Virus record (IMG/VR): IMGVR_UViG_3300030047_000010
Strand: one strand, 5' to 3'
DNA: 64,000 nucleotides
Source: a virus
Lineage: Duplodnaviria; Heunggongvirae; Uroviricota; Caudoviricetes
The notes below the pieces were generated by a model. It saw only the letters and a list, made by a program, of their open reading frames with translations. It searched no databases and was not told the DNA's origin. Of this stretch, positions 48,201 to 57,823 are shown piece after piece. Position 1 is the first letter of the stretch, and each line of letters starts with the position of its first letter. The position numbers and the translations under genes are program-made.

Positions 48201-48763
48201 AGCAAAGCAGGCTTTACAGATTTTGCATAGCTTGTATCATTACGCCCAAAAACCAATCTCCAGTAATCCTCACCCAGCAACAGGTACAGCTTAGCAACAT
48301 TGACCTTAGTTAGGTTAGTATCCTCTAGACTGAATGTTATATGCAATCCAGTAGAGTTATTTGAAATAGCTAGAGCCTTACCACTCTGCTTAGTTGCCAT
48401 CAACGAGCAGACCTTCTCCAAAGACCCCAGCATAGCATCTATTCCAAGTATCGGGGAGACTACTTCAATCTGACACTGGTGCTCCGGATCAACCTGAATT
48501 GATGTGTCTGACTCTACCGACCAATAGCGGTAATCCCCATCATGAGATGCGCCGTAACGCTCACTTACAACTATGCTACTCCTATTGATGCCTAGAGCCA
48601 ATTGTAACTTATCTGCAAAATCAGACCACCATAAAGCAGAAGCCATTTCAGCTTCAAAGCCGCAGCGAACAGCAGGACCCTTATACTTAGACCAGTCAGA
48701 ACTAATACTATGAAGATCTCTATCGAACTGAGATGCCGTTACAACAGTATAATCAGTCGCCAT
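45236..48763 (-). CDS. Giant amidoligase-domain protein, paralog 2 (about 1176 aa from MATDYTVV…). Motifs: RCGFEAE, YGASHDG, WSVESDTSI, EVVSPIL, TGLHITFS, RIEFRLPGGAGY and RFAYALYAS.
   Basis: Motifs conserved across four tandem genes; divergent helical C-terminal ~850 aa. Confidence 0.65.
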   Translation of the reverse strand: MATDYTVVTASQFDRDLHSISSDWSKYKGPAVRCGFEAEMASALWWSDFADKLQLALGINRSSIVVSERYGASHDGDYRYWSVESDTSIQVDPEHQCQIEVVSPILGIDAMLGSLEKVCSLMATKQSGKALAISNNSTGLHITFSLEDTNLTKVNVAKLYLLLGEDYWRLVFGRNDTSYAKSVKPALLAMVAELSRSSGMKSMQQFDLDKFYQEMRSDDIGRYGTINISNIVSQKDFPDKQRIEFRLPGGAGYEHKFSLLARVARRFAYALYASTCDAYDDVFALKLYKFLDKYKEATHEDDHRVKAIANTHGFSLVDFPANMDQSRVRLFSFIYTGSSLTHIEADNPAAGFSSEIESQIEALAEKYGGRSISLGSHEFSLKPEVLLTLDHGSSQRLAYGKYTETLLHLFGLTTSVQLSQFTMQALAENSNCTDILFSIISTMAVGPRGAAGCSYANLGFFLSQHGGDSDPYVIYNKDYFLDHPVYLDYFLAGFGVEPKDGISDSYLSALRGILQYGMIPSGITSSFVGKIAEAAFVASDSVDAKMLLSSLATKGYLVNASQASHAFVQEVLSDTAKVDALFMRRDVAEMNLGFIYGVINKLGFASEVRPALIQIIKDHGGWRASETFPRNALTLDLSNAELNEIGITNIPGINLHPDMHTINEILVGLKNQNYPRDSISAFFNGPDVLSYIKTEDFIDDDDFCIKLVSGWLANYENVHGSLVENEILHNAGIAFWFTSALHEFDKHLLSVLSWGDVDTIYTTVLHSSYANELFHKILSSSAASKELPAFMRAYLTYVSSASSGGITNGAMDAPPSIYVPLLNEAGVKILTAFFEKGFIFEPTFKALAMTVDAFVASSYITEIAPHCLLLDKVFSTYKSKSVDPTNENGFLTNRIESLRRAGFDVRDVAPIATKELQHETAPYVHEFSAPFQPSRGERRSVEDTISYIANPPFHKSDFFGAVEAMPAEDMPDLFVKIQSGAPVVKAMGFGLLTSASIYPMDDQGNRLIKPEVLLEGLKYPDFTTNLVLALVSDAKAETHSSSTTHRVYGYTWSDFFYLLLSPDTKLGPVTFDTKDYLVMLGYFAAFVNPSILLSERSLGFYKTLVNEIPGRYADPRTESSIKLLLHKFARGLVEFDPVNHVRVLDPNMPYPLLRYVAKNLSTTAYLHNFFENFCK

Positions 48764-51700
48764 AATAAGGGTACCCATACATAGGAAATAGTGATGTTAC
48801 TTTATGGGATTTCTTATGCTCATGTATCAAAGCATCAATCAAAGCAACATGCGTATGCAATTTAAGGCCCGTATATACCTCAAATAATGCATCAGGTAAA
48901 GAATCAGAGCTAATCTTATTAACAATACCAACATGAACACAGAATTTATACAGAGCAACAAATTCCTTAGAGCAGAAAGCTTCTGGAGATACTGCATGAT
49001 CACCTATAAAGGCGTCCAATAAATCAACAAATGAAACATGTTGCCTACCCACATGGGTAATAGAAGCATAAATAGAATAGAAAGGTAGCAACGAGGAGAA
49101 CAGAACAGACCCCAATTCAGGATTACTCGTACCACCAGTAAACATATTAAATCTACGAAAATCATCGTCAGGTATTAAAATAGATTCTATATACTGAAAC
49201 AAGAATGTTCCCATACCCGGTGATGTAGATGTCATATAAGCACGTGCTATGTTTGATGTCAGCAAGGAAGCAGGACAAGGTCCAGACTTAGTAGCAGCAA
49301 ATATAGTCCTTGCCAAAGAATCACCGAATGATTGTGCCTCCGCACTAGGTGCCGGGCAAGAGTACAGCTCATCAAGCTGCTTAACTGTGTAAGCATTCAG
49401 ATTAGTAATCAGTAGATGTGATGCTTTGAACGGCAGGGGTGCCAGAGAAGCACGATCCACCTCTTCACCACTAGGAGAGCCAAAGAAAGAAGCTAATTGC
49501 TTAGGTGTCAATCTATACTGAGCAGAGAAATCAGCAGGATACGGTACCACAGGCGCATCCTGCAACTCAATGTGCATTTTAGGATATGTAACAATTAAAT
49601 CTTTTTGAGTTGTTATTTTAGTAGATGCCACTTGATAATCTGAAAATATACCCCTAAGACTGTCCGCCGCAGGATCCCCGGTAGTAGGGTATGTAGAGAT
49701 CAGCTTACTTATAGCATCAAACAAAGAACACGCGGGCAGAGGGCGAGATAAATTACACAACGCATTCATGTGGTGTAAAAAATCATCTGTTACAGAACTC
49801 GTCCATGCACCACGATAATGTTTTACAGCAGCATTAAAACAAGTAGCCGATCCTGCACCTAAAGCTTGAGCACCATAAGTACCGTACCCGATAGCTATCA
49901 AGGCGGCTAATGTCAAGGCACCTTTTTCTTTTAAGCTATCTTCTGTCTCTTTCTCTTTACTCATGTCGTGTAAGTAAGCACGATACAATTCAGATTTAAG
50001 CTTAGGTGCAATGTCTAAAATCCGGGTTCCTTGATCTACAAAAACATTAAGTTTCACATAGAGTTCATCATTGCCCTCCATAGCAGCATTTTTCATGTTT
50101 AAGACACAATGAACAGCGGCCTGTGAGACTACAGTAGAGTCTAGCTGCTTGGGTATCGTATCTATGATACCCTTAGCATAAGCTAAAACAAAAGCAGTGG
50201 CTATCTCAGAAACGTCAGTACCGGTATAAGCACCGGCTGACTCTAACTGTTTTGCTGTATTTGAGAGAAATATTTTTATAGTTAATGGAGGAAGCTTATT
50301 TGAAAAATCAGTACCATCATAATTTAATAACATATCATCTGTGAGAGAATCAACCAGCGCATGTGCATGCATGGTCTCCATGTACTTAACAAAATTAGGC
50401 AACTTAGGGAAAATTATACCCAATACAGGACTTATGGCCTGGGCAGCCATACCCTGCATATTTAGAATTATTCTAGTAGAAACCGTACTAAGCACAGTAG
50501 GGAGTTCTACCTCTGTAGTATCTTTGGCACCTGTATCAGCAATATCCGATACATGCTCTAATAGAACATTAAGCTCTTTTACAAAAATATCATCTGAAAG
50601 AGCATCAGCATTAAGTGTGCCAGCTAGCTGCCTACCTATATAGGCACTAACGGGAACAATTAAAGATTCTTTCTTCTCTTCGGGTAATAAACGCAAGACA
50701 TCTAAATAGAAAGAAACCTCGTCAGGGTCAATCGCGTCAGCGTAGCTCTTAACTGTCCCAGGGAAACACTCAGCAAATAACCAATAGTGAGTTTTCAAAC
50801 GAGCTACAAAAGACTCATCTAGTTGAGATAACGAACTAAGTATTATAAATGGTATCGGCCTATTACCATTAAACCGTTCTCCCCACGCTGTTTGTACCTC
50901 ACGTTGATAGTCTGAGGAGTTTAGGTAATTAGCTATGTCAGCAGCAGGAGCTTCAACCGTGTGCATAAGATCAAACTTATTCTTAGCTAACGGATCACCA
51001 GCTAACTGGTCTAAATGAACACCGCGAAAATCACCATAAATCAATGTATTTAATTGATCATTATACTGAGCATGTAACTTAATGATGTCTGATGCCTTAG
51101 AATTCCGTATAGCAGCTACTATTCGGCTCAAATATAACGAACCACCAGGGGCCAGCCACTCACTACTCGCATCTTTTTCTTTTTGAACAGCCTCTTTTAT
51201 GGACTCAGGCCAATTCACGTCAATTGTAGTAGTAGCAAACTTTGAAACAGATAATTCATCTACAGACGTATGGGGCAGATAGATATAATGCTGCACCGAG
51301 CGTGTATCTGGTACGCTGCGTGGTAAGAGAAATGACCTTAATAGGGAGGATACAACAGTATCACTTAATTTGAACTTAGTATTAATCAAAGCATAACTAA
51401 CATATCCCAAGATTGAGTTAGTCTTAACCAAATTAATAGTACCCGTGATAGATCTAAAACTCTGCTGCTCTGGGACATCTTGCTCAATACTGTAGGCACC
51501 CTCGCCAAGAGATTTAAGAGCAAAAGCCATAGCAGGTGCGGACAAGGGTTTATCATCAGGCATCAAACATAAATAAGAACTACCACCAGTAGAACGAACA
51601 CGCATAAAAACTTTAGATTCATCGTATATCTGTGTAGCGCTACGCTGCTGTGCTTCAGGTGTAGCCATAAACTTCAAAGCAATACGTACAAGTTTCTGTT

Positions 51701-52601
51701 TGTAGTAATCAGCATAAGCGGTAGGGTCCGCCGAGGCATAAAAAGCATAAGCGAAACGTTCCGCAACGATAGCTAGCTTATCATCTTTATACTGATAATC
51801 CTTACCACCAGGTAATCGGAACTCTAAAACACCTTGACGAGTTTTACTCATGTTAATAGAGCGATACTTCTCCATCCTGTTATCCAACCACTTAAATAAT
51901 TCCGAATCCTGGACATCTAATGCAGATCTATTGCATAGATCTGACACAGCGGCGGCTAAATCTCTGGGATCCTTAATCTCTTTTGTCGTAACCCAATTCT
52001 TGAAATGATCTAACGCCTCTTCAGCCCAACCATTATTATGGCGACCGAATACATCACCCCAATGATCCTCCCCGAGCAGGACCGCTAGCTTAAGTACGTC
52101 AACTTTAGATAAGTCTATATCTTTAATAGAGAACGTAAGATGACAACCTGTTTCTTTATCTGTCTCACCTAAAGATACAACGTCTTGATCTACATACTCT
52201 GAAGGTAATTCAACATTACTACGGAGCATAGCCATTACAGCCTTGAGCCCGTGAATCATATCAGGGAGAGTCAAAATAGGACTAACAAGCTCAATGCGAT
52301 AGGAATGATGATTATCAACATGAATAGTACTATCAGTTTCTACAGACCAAGATTTGTAGGAACCACCATGAGACGCACCATAGCTATTGTTTACTTCAAT
52401 ACCAGGGCGAGGGCCAAGACGCTCTGGTATGCCTTCAATATCCGTCTTCCCCGGATTCTGCAGAAACGCTTCAAGTATTGTAGGGATACGATCATGAGGC
52501 AAGGCAGAAGCAAACTCAGCCTCAAAGCCGCAACGAACAGGAAGACTAGACAGATTTTTACTCAGATCTCTATCAAATTGAGCAGCAGTTACAATGTCCA
52601 T
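48753..52601 (-). CDS. Giant amidoligase-domain protein, paralog 3 (1282 aa). Motifs: RCGFEAE, YGASHGG, WSVETDSTI, ELVSPIL, TGCHLTFS, VLEFRLPGGKDY and RFAYAFYAS.
   Basis: As above. Confidence 0.65.
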   Translation of the reverse strand: MDIVTAAQFDRDLSKNLSSLPVRCGFEAEFASALPHDRIPTILEAFLQNPGKTDIEGIPERLGPRPGIEVNNSYGASHGGSYKSWSVETDSTIHVDNHHSYRIELVSPILTLPDMIHGLKAVMAMLRSNVELPSEYVDQDVVSLGETDKETGCHLTFSIKDIDLSKVDVLKLAVLLGEDHWGDVFGRHNNGWAEEALDHFKNWVTTKEIKDPRDLAAAVSDLCNRSALDVQDSELFKWLDNRMEKYRSINMSKTRQGVLEFRLPGGKDYQYKDDKLAIVAERFAYAFYASADPTAYADYYKQKLVRIALKFMATPEAQQRSATQIYDESKVFMRVRSTGGSSYLCLMPDDKPLSAPAMAFALKSLGEGAYSIEQDVPEQQSFRSITGTINLVKTNSILGYVSYALINTKFKLSDTVVSSLLRSFLLPRSVPDTRSVQHYIYLPHTSVDELSVSKFATTTIDVNWPESIKEAVQKEKDASSEWLAPGGSLYLSRIVAAIRNSKASDIIKLHAQYNDQLNTLIYGDFRGVHLDQLAGDPLAKNKFDLMHTVEAPAADIANYLNSSDYQREVQTAWGERFNGNRPIPFIILSSLSQLDESFVARLKTHYWLFAECFPGTVKSYADAIDPDEVSFYLDVLRLLPEEKKESLIVPVSAYIGRQLAGTLNADALSDDIFVKELNVLLEHVSDIADTGAKDTTEVELPTVLSTVSTRIILNMQGMAAQAISPVLGIIFPKLPNFVKYMETMHAHALVDSLTDDMLLNYDGTDFSNKLPPLTIKIFLSNTAKQLESAGAYTGTDVSEIATAFVLAYAKGIIDTIPKQLDSTVVSQAAVHCVLNMKNAAMEGNDELYVKLNVFVDQGTRILDIAPKLKSELYRAYLHDMSKEKETEDSLKEKGALTLAALIAIGYGTYGAQALGAGSATCFNAAVKHYRGAWTSSVTDDFLHHMNALCNLSRPLPACSLFDAISKLISTYPTTGDPAADSLRGIFSDYQVASTKITTQKDLIVTYPKMHIELQDAPVVPYPADFSAQYRLTPKQLASFFGSPSGEEVDRASLAPLPFKASHLLITNLNAYTVKQLDELYSCPAPSAEAQSFGDSLARTIFAATKSGPCPASLLTSNIARAYMTSTSPGMGTFLFQYIESILIPDDDFRRFNMFTGGTSNPELGSVLFSSLLPFYSIYASITHVGRQHVSFVDLLDAFIGDHAVSPEAFCSKEFVALYKFCVHVGIVNKISSDSLPDALFEVYTGLKLHTHVALIDALIHEHKKSHKVTSLFPMYGYPYYGD

Positions 52602-52614
52602 ATCAAGAAGTGGT

Positions 52615-55600
52615 CTACGCGAAGGCCGAACGCCAAGGATAGACAGGCTCTGGTTTTGTGCTATCTAGCTGATGCTCCTGATGAAGTTTATACACTTCAG
52701 AAGCTACTTTACTACGACCTACTAACTGAAGTAAATAATCACCCAAAGGTGTTCTATCCTCCGTGTATAATATCGGAGTAATGCTAGCCGACACTACATG
52801 CTTGCTGTTGTACGTGTCAATCGCAGCATCCGGTAATGTACGCAGACGTGTATTAACATGTTTACGTACATTTTGCTTAATAGCCTTAATAGCAAGATTA
52901 CTAGTTAGCATCCTATAAATATCCGGGTTGCTATCTTTAAGAGCAAGGGCAAACGTGTATGTACTAAGTAATGAATATGGTATATAAGCAACGTTACTGC
53001 CGTCTGCTACCATAGTTAAGGTATCATATAAAACTTGTGAATATGACGCACCATATAAAGTAGAAGGCACTGTTTCATCAGCATCTGTACGATGAGCAGC
53101 AAATACATACATCAGCCAATCAGCAATGGCAATCACTCCACGATTTACTGAAGAATAGCCTAAAACAAACTCATGAATAGCCTGCCATACTGCTGGGTTT
53201 GTACTTACTCTAGCTGTATCACGAATACTATTAAATTCGACAAAGTCTCTATAGATAAGAGCAGGATCCGCAAAAATAGACGTAAAGAATTTAAGCAAAT
53301 CATCTTTTGAGGCATTATCAATAAATGACCTTACATCTTCTCTTGTCAGATCGTAATTATCTGTAATGCTATACTTCCGGACCTTGTATAAAACCTCCGG
53401 AGGTACAGATTTATCTTCTGAAACTACACCTGTGTCAGATACAGGTTTTTCTACAGGATAATCAAACGGTTCCTTTTCACTCAACTTTTCGGCAAAGGAT
53501 GAGCGCCATGTCTGAACATCCGTGCGAGATACCTTAAGATTAAAATAAGGACCGGGCTCTGTCCCTTCGTAAGCATCACCAACACGGAAGTCTAGTGGTA
53601 TAAAATTCAGGCTAGCTAATCGTATTGTTGTCCTGCGGTGCTTGGTCTCTTGACCTGCAAGATAATCCAAAACAGGAAGTAGAGTACCTGTATACTCTCG
53701 TGTCTCATAAGAAGGAAACTCGTAAAAAACAGATTTATTATCCCAAGGATATTTCATGAGACCTAAAGCTAGAGACTTGAGCAGAAAATTCAAAGCATCC
53801 TTACCAAACGCCAAGTGCTTATCTACGACAGGTACATGCTGCAATAAAGAACAGAAATCTATGTGACTTGCAGCAGACATAGTCCGCTTAATGTACGGAA
53901 AAAGAGTATCAGCCTTAGTGAAAAGATCTCGAAGAAAAGCTGTAGGCTTAATACCAAAAAGCCACGTGTAGTCATGATTATACATGTTTGAGTTTGGTAT
54001 AAGTGCTACAGCAGCAAGAGCACCGAACCAAACAGGATTTTTTAAGTATATCACAGCAAGAGCTTTATTTACTGGAAGTTTTAATCCAGATCTATTCAAA
54101 AGCCAAGCTGCTCTTGCTAGCTTAAAAGCAACAACGGAGCTACTTCTGAAAGTTTCAAGATCACTTTCTGTAGCGCTATCTAGAATATGCAACGTATCAG
54201 GTATAGACAATGTATCCCGAGACTCAGCTTCCAACAGAATATCATAAACACTAATTTTTTCACTACCTTTACGCAACTCAGAGTTTACAGTAGTTGCTAT
54301 AGCTTTTTCTATATCTAATTTGGCTGAATCTGGGATATCTGAAGATGTTATAGGGCTTAGTATATCTTCCAGTATGTAAGAACTGTCGCCATCGGCAGCA
54401 GCGCTACCATCAAAAGTAGCGAGCTGTCTTGTACACTTAAAAAGCAGCTCTGTAAATGTAGTCAGACCATAAGTTTTGTACACTATGTACAAAACAGATT
54501 GACACTCAGAAACTGCAGGCTTTGACTGTATGCAATCCTTTAATAATACAATTAAACCAGCACAATCTAAAGGATTGGACACAGCCTTTAAGGAAATTAT
54601 ACCCTTAATGATAAACGACACATTAGTTGTCGAAGGGAAGACATTAAGAATATCCTTAGATAGAGAATTACTTAGTTTACGATAACGAGCTAAACTGAGC
54701 ACAGTACCAAAACTCATATAGCCCATAGATGTACGTTTTAGCACTGCAGTACTACCAATGTGGGCCAGCATAAACCCAGAAGTGAGATCATCAAGAGCAT
54801 TATCGGCAGAATAATCATAGTTTGAATCTAGCTTCGCCCATACCCAAAACTTAAAGTAAACAAGACTCTCAGGAGATAGTGCAGACTTAGCCCATATAAC
54901 AAGCTGTCCAATAGATTTGAACTCAGTATCCGACGTAGGAAAGCTACCAATGTTATGAGCAAACTGTAAGCAACCCATAACAACATAATTAAGAGCAAAA
55001 GCAGACGCCCACACACGAGACTTCCCAGATAACTGACCGATCTTTTCTACGATACGAGGTACAATAGACCAGTCTTGTGGATCATTAGATCTAATATCAG
55101 GAAAATCTAACGTTGGTCTTGCTTGAATAGCTAAAACAAGAGTATTCAACTCAGGACGATCTAAACCATCACACACAGCTTCCTGCCCTTCAATGCAGTG
55201 AACTGCACCGGCAATAGACCACAACTGCGCTTCAGAAAATTTCCTCACACAGTCAAAAAAAGCTTCATTTGCATCACCATTGATAGCACGATGCACGCCG
55301 ATGTGCTTAACATCACTCCCCGAAAATACAAAAGAAGCAACAGCCGTAGCTGTAGGCTTTTGCATACGTGTCTTTTCAAACCGCATTAACTGATGTACAG
55401 TATTACGACCCTCTTGTGTAGTTTGAATACGAAATGTTCTATTTGTATCAGTCTGATTAAGAGTAGCCTTATCAGAGCGTGCCTCTTCTTGTGCCGCCAG
55501 CACTAAACGAGTCAGTTTCTTAATATAATAATCATTATATTGAGTCATCCCAGCACGAGATACCCATAGAGCATTAGCCAGAACACGCATTAGCCTAGAG

Positions 55601-56424
55601 CACTGCTCAAACTTATTCTCATACCCAGCCCCACCAGGAAGCCGAAACTCAATACGAGAAGCGTCTTTAGTTAGATGCTGAGTATTAACTGATTGGTACC
55701 GATCAGATAAATTAGCACTAGCTTCTTTATATGCAGCGAATAGTGTGTAAAGACCTTTATTATCTTCACCTACAGCTTTGATATTCTCAGAAAACCCAGC
55801 AAAAGGCTGACTTGCATGTATTCGTACAAACTCAGCACAATCAGAAGGCGTTATAGTTACTTTGTCAACCTGATACAAATAAGCAAGAAGTTTTTGCTTG
55901 AATACTGTTAAAAACTCCAGAGCATAGCCATAAGCAACACGTCCAAAAAACTTAGCGTAATAGCTCTCACCAACAAGAAACAAAAACTTCAAATGGTCAA
56001 ATTTATCCTCATATAAATTAACATCTTTAATGCTAAATGTCATGTGAAGACCCGTAGCCTGCGCTGTCTTGCCATGACTCTTAATCAGTTCAAAAACAAC
56101 ACCAAGGTCATCTATAGTCTTTTCTACATCTTGAATCGGAGATACAATTTCAACCTGGTTAGGATACTGTATTGCTGTTGGGATAGAGCTATCAGATTCT
56201 ACAGACCAATCCTCATAAGAACTATTATGAGACGCCCCATAACTCTTAGCTATAATAACAGCACCTGTTCTATCTTGTAGGTTTTCTTCTAAGTATTCAC
56301 CACAAGTATCGTAAGATACTTCAGATGCGAACTCAGCTTCAAAACCACAGCGAATATTGCTCACAATGGATTCATCTAAATGATTAGAATCTTTTTCAAA
56401 CTGAGCACCCAGGGCAAACAGCAT
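52615..56424 (-). CDS. Giant amidoligase-domain protein, paralog 4 (1269 aa). Motifs: RCGFEAE, YGASHNS, WSVESDSSI, EIVSPI, TGLHMTFS and RIEFRLPGGAGY.
   Basis: As above. Start coupled (TAATG) to a 45-aa acidic ORF. Confidence 0.65.
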   Translation of the reverse strand: MLFALGAQFEKDSNHLDESIVSNIRCGFEAEFASEVSYDTCGEYLEENLQDRTGAVIIAKSYGASHNSSYEDWSVESDSSIPTAIQYPNQVEIVSPIQDVEKTIDDLGVVFELIKSHGKTAQATGLHMTFSIKDVNLYEDKFDHLKFLFLVGESYYAKFFGRVAYGYALEFLTVFKQKLLAYLYQVDKVTITPSDCAEFVRIHASQPFAGFSENIKAVGEDNKGLYTLFAAYKEASANLSDRYQSVNTQHLTKDASRIEFRLPGGAGYENKFEQCSRLMRVLANALWVSRAGMTQYNDYYIKKLTRLVLAAQEEARSDKATLNQTDTNRTFRIQTTQEGRNTVHQLMRFEKTRMQKPTATAVASFVFSGSDVKHIGVHRAINGDANEAFFDCVRKFSEAQLWSIAGAVHCIEGQEAVCDGLDRPELNTLVLAIQARPTLDFPDIRSNDPQDWSIVPRIVEKIGQLSGKSRVWASAFALNYVVMGCLQFAHNIGSFPTSDTEFKSIGQLVIWAKSALSPESLVYFKFWVWAKLDSNYDYSADNALDDLTSGFMLAHIGSTAVLKRTSMGYMSFGTVLSLARYRKLSNSLSKDILNVFPSTTNVSFIIKGIISLKAVSNPLDCAGLIVLLKDCIQSKPAVSECQSVLYIVYKTYGLTTFTELLFKCTRQLATFDGSAAADGDSSYILEDILSPITSSDIPDSAKLDIEKAIATTVNSELRKGSEKISVYDILLEAESRDTLSIPDTLHILDSATESDLETFRSSSVVAFKLARAAWLLNRSGLKLPVNKALAVIYLKNPVWFGALAAVALIPNSNMYNHDYTWLFGIKPTAFLRDLFTKADTLFPYIKRTMSAASHIDFCSLLQHVPVVDKHLAFGKDALNFLLKSLALGLMKYPWDNKSVFYEFPSYETREYTGTLLPVLDYLAGQETKHRRTTIRLASLNFIPLDFRVGDAYEGTEPGPYFNLKVSRTDVQTWRSSFAEKLSEKEPFDYPVEKPVSDTGVVSEDKSVPPEVLYKVRKYSITDNYDLTREDVRSFIDNASKDDLLKFFTSIFADPALIYRDFVEFNSIRDTARVSTNPAVWQAIHEFVLGYSSVNRGVIAIADWLMYVFAAHRTDADETVPSTLYGASYSQVLYDTLTMVADGSNVAYIPYSLLSTYTFALALKDSNPDIYRMLTSNLAIKAIKQNVRKHVNTRLRTLPDAAIDTYNSKHVVSASITPILYTEDRTPLGDYLLQLVGRSKVASEVYKLHQEHQLDSTKPEPVYPWRSAFA

Positions 56425-56561
56425 TAGTTAAGCTCCCTCTCAGAGGCAGCCGACGCTTCTTGAGGAATATAATCGTCCAAGTTATCTAAAACAGCAGCAG
56501 ATACTTCTCGTATCTTGCCGTCAAAGTCAACATAGCGTAAGGGCTGCTCAGCATCAGGCAT
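56424..56561 (-). CDS. Small acidic protein, 45 aa (MPDAEQPLRYVDFDGKIREVSAAVLDNLDDYIPQEASAASERELN). Below the ORF-track cutoff.
   Basis: Hand translation. GAGG RBS. Its stop overlaps the ATG of paralog 4 (TAATG). Confidence 0.4.
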   Translation of the reverse strand: MPDAEQPLRYVDFDGKIREVSAAVLDNLDDYIPQEASAASERELN

Positions 56562-56596
56562 AGAAAAACCTCTAGAGATATCTTTACTAGAGGTTA
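56562..56596 (-). terminator. A 9-bp hairpin (aacctctag/ctagaggtt) followed by UUUUCU and then immediately an AUG. The 3' arm contains the GAGG Shine-Dalgarno.
   Basis: Seen directly. Confidence 0.45.
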
Positions 56597-56621
56597 ATTC
56601 GCATACATACTTTTATGCAGT

Positions 56622-56846
56622 TTAAGCGTAAGCACAGTTCCACCAGAACTCACAAGTACCGTCTGTGAGTTCAACCAGCGCATCTACTTCACAAAAGCCC
56701 CCAGCATACCTATTCTTTAATCGAGCAACGCAGCCTCTACGACCGGCAACAGGACCTGTCGGTGTGCTGTGTATAATAACTACATGCCTACCGACAGCAG
56801 GCGGCGCTGTTAGCCTATTATAGCGTTCCACAGAAAGGCTCAGCAT
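56622..56846 (-). CDS. Hypothetical protein, 74 aa
   Basis: ORF only. Confidence 0.3.
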   Translation of the reverse strand: MLSLSVERYNRLTAPPAVGRHVVIIHSTPTGPVAGRRGCVARLKNRYAGGFCEVDALVELTDGTCEFWWNCAYA

Positions 56847-57075
56847 AGCAATTAACGCACTTCAAGGCAAGTGAAGGTGGCACTGATCCGAGCAGAACCG
56901 GGATTGGCACGAACTGCAGTTTTAACTGCTTTCGGTCCCTGCGACAGGCAATTCTGCTCAGAAGAGAAACCACGAATCTCAAGTGACGATGCAGCCGGAT
57001 CCGACGCCCCATAAGGCGTCATGACATGTACAAAAACAAGTAGTGTCCACATAGAAACTCCTATTGATACTTTGT

Positions 57076-57489
57076 TTACTTCTCAGGTGTGAGCATGCGA
57101 TCAGCGAACAGAACAAACTGATTGTTCAGACCGAGCCGCTGCTCAGCGATGCCCTGCATATAAGCAAGCTCCACCTTATCCCAGTAGGAAGAGGCGCAAC
57201 GCCAACGCCAACGCTTACCGTCATGAAGAGCAGAAGTATACTTGTACTCCCCCTTGCGACCAGCAATGATATCTTCCACGACAACAACACGGTTTACAGC
57301 ATCCTCAAAGATGACACCAAAATCTGCATAAGGAAGATGCTCAAGATCCTTCGTAATACTACGAAAATGTTCCTGCTGCTCAGTCATCTGCTCCAACTGA
57401 ATAGACATTACAGCCACAGTGACATCAGGTGCAGCTTCCACGGCAGCGCGAAACTTATCAGCGGCTTCAGTAACAGTAGGGTGACTCAT
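57076..57489 (-). CDS. Hypothetical protein, about 138 aa (MSHPTVTEAADKF…)
   Basis: GGAG RBS; a conserved promoter copy upstream. Confidence 0.5.
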   Translation of the reverse strand: MSHPTVTEAADKFRAAVEAAPDVTVAVMSIQLEQMTEQQEHFRSITKDLEHLPYADFGVIFEDAVNRVVVVEDIIAGRKGEYKYTSALHDGKRWRWRCASSYWDKVELAYMQGIAEQRLGLNNQFVLFADRMLTPEK

Positions 57490-57519
57490 GTTGAACTCCG
57501 TGTTGAGGTGACAAGAACA

Positions 57520-57548
57520 AATATACATTCAATTTGTATGCTTGTCAA
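57520..57548 (-). promoter_or_regulatory. Conserved promoter element, copy A: TTGACAagcatacaaattgaatgTATATTtgttcttgtcacctcaa
   Basis: Exact sigma70 hexamers with a 17-nt spacer. About 45 nt shared with copy C. Confidence 0.7.
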
Positions 57549-57553
57549 CTAAA

Positions 57554-57823
57554 TTATTTACGATATCGCTCAAGCCAAGAATTAAATCGGGAAACTCTAC
57601 ACTTTATCAAGATCAACAACGAAATACCCAAAGCTAAGAAGCTTTGAAAAATGTGTAGTCCGAATAAACCACCAGCTAAGAATGCACAGGCAACAGCAAA
57701 GCAAAATACCAGATCCTTATTCTTAGTTGACACTGATGGCTTAACAAGGAACCACAAAGTACAGATGAGCAGCACACCACCAAAACAGAAAATAAACATA
57801 GTTACATCCCCAAACATAAACAC
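57554..57823 (-). CDS. Small three-TM membrane protein, 89 aa (holin-like topology)
   Basis: ORF, hydrophobic. Confidence 0.4.
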   Translation of the reverse strand: MFMFGDVTMFIFCFGGVLLICTLWFLVKPSVSTKNKDLVFCFAVACAFLAGGLFGLHIFQSFLALGISLLILIKCRVSRFNSWLERYRK

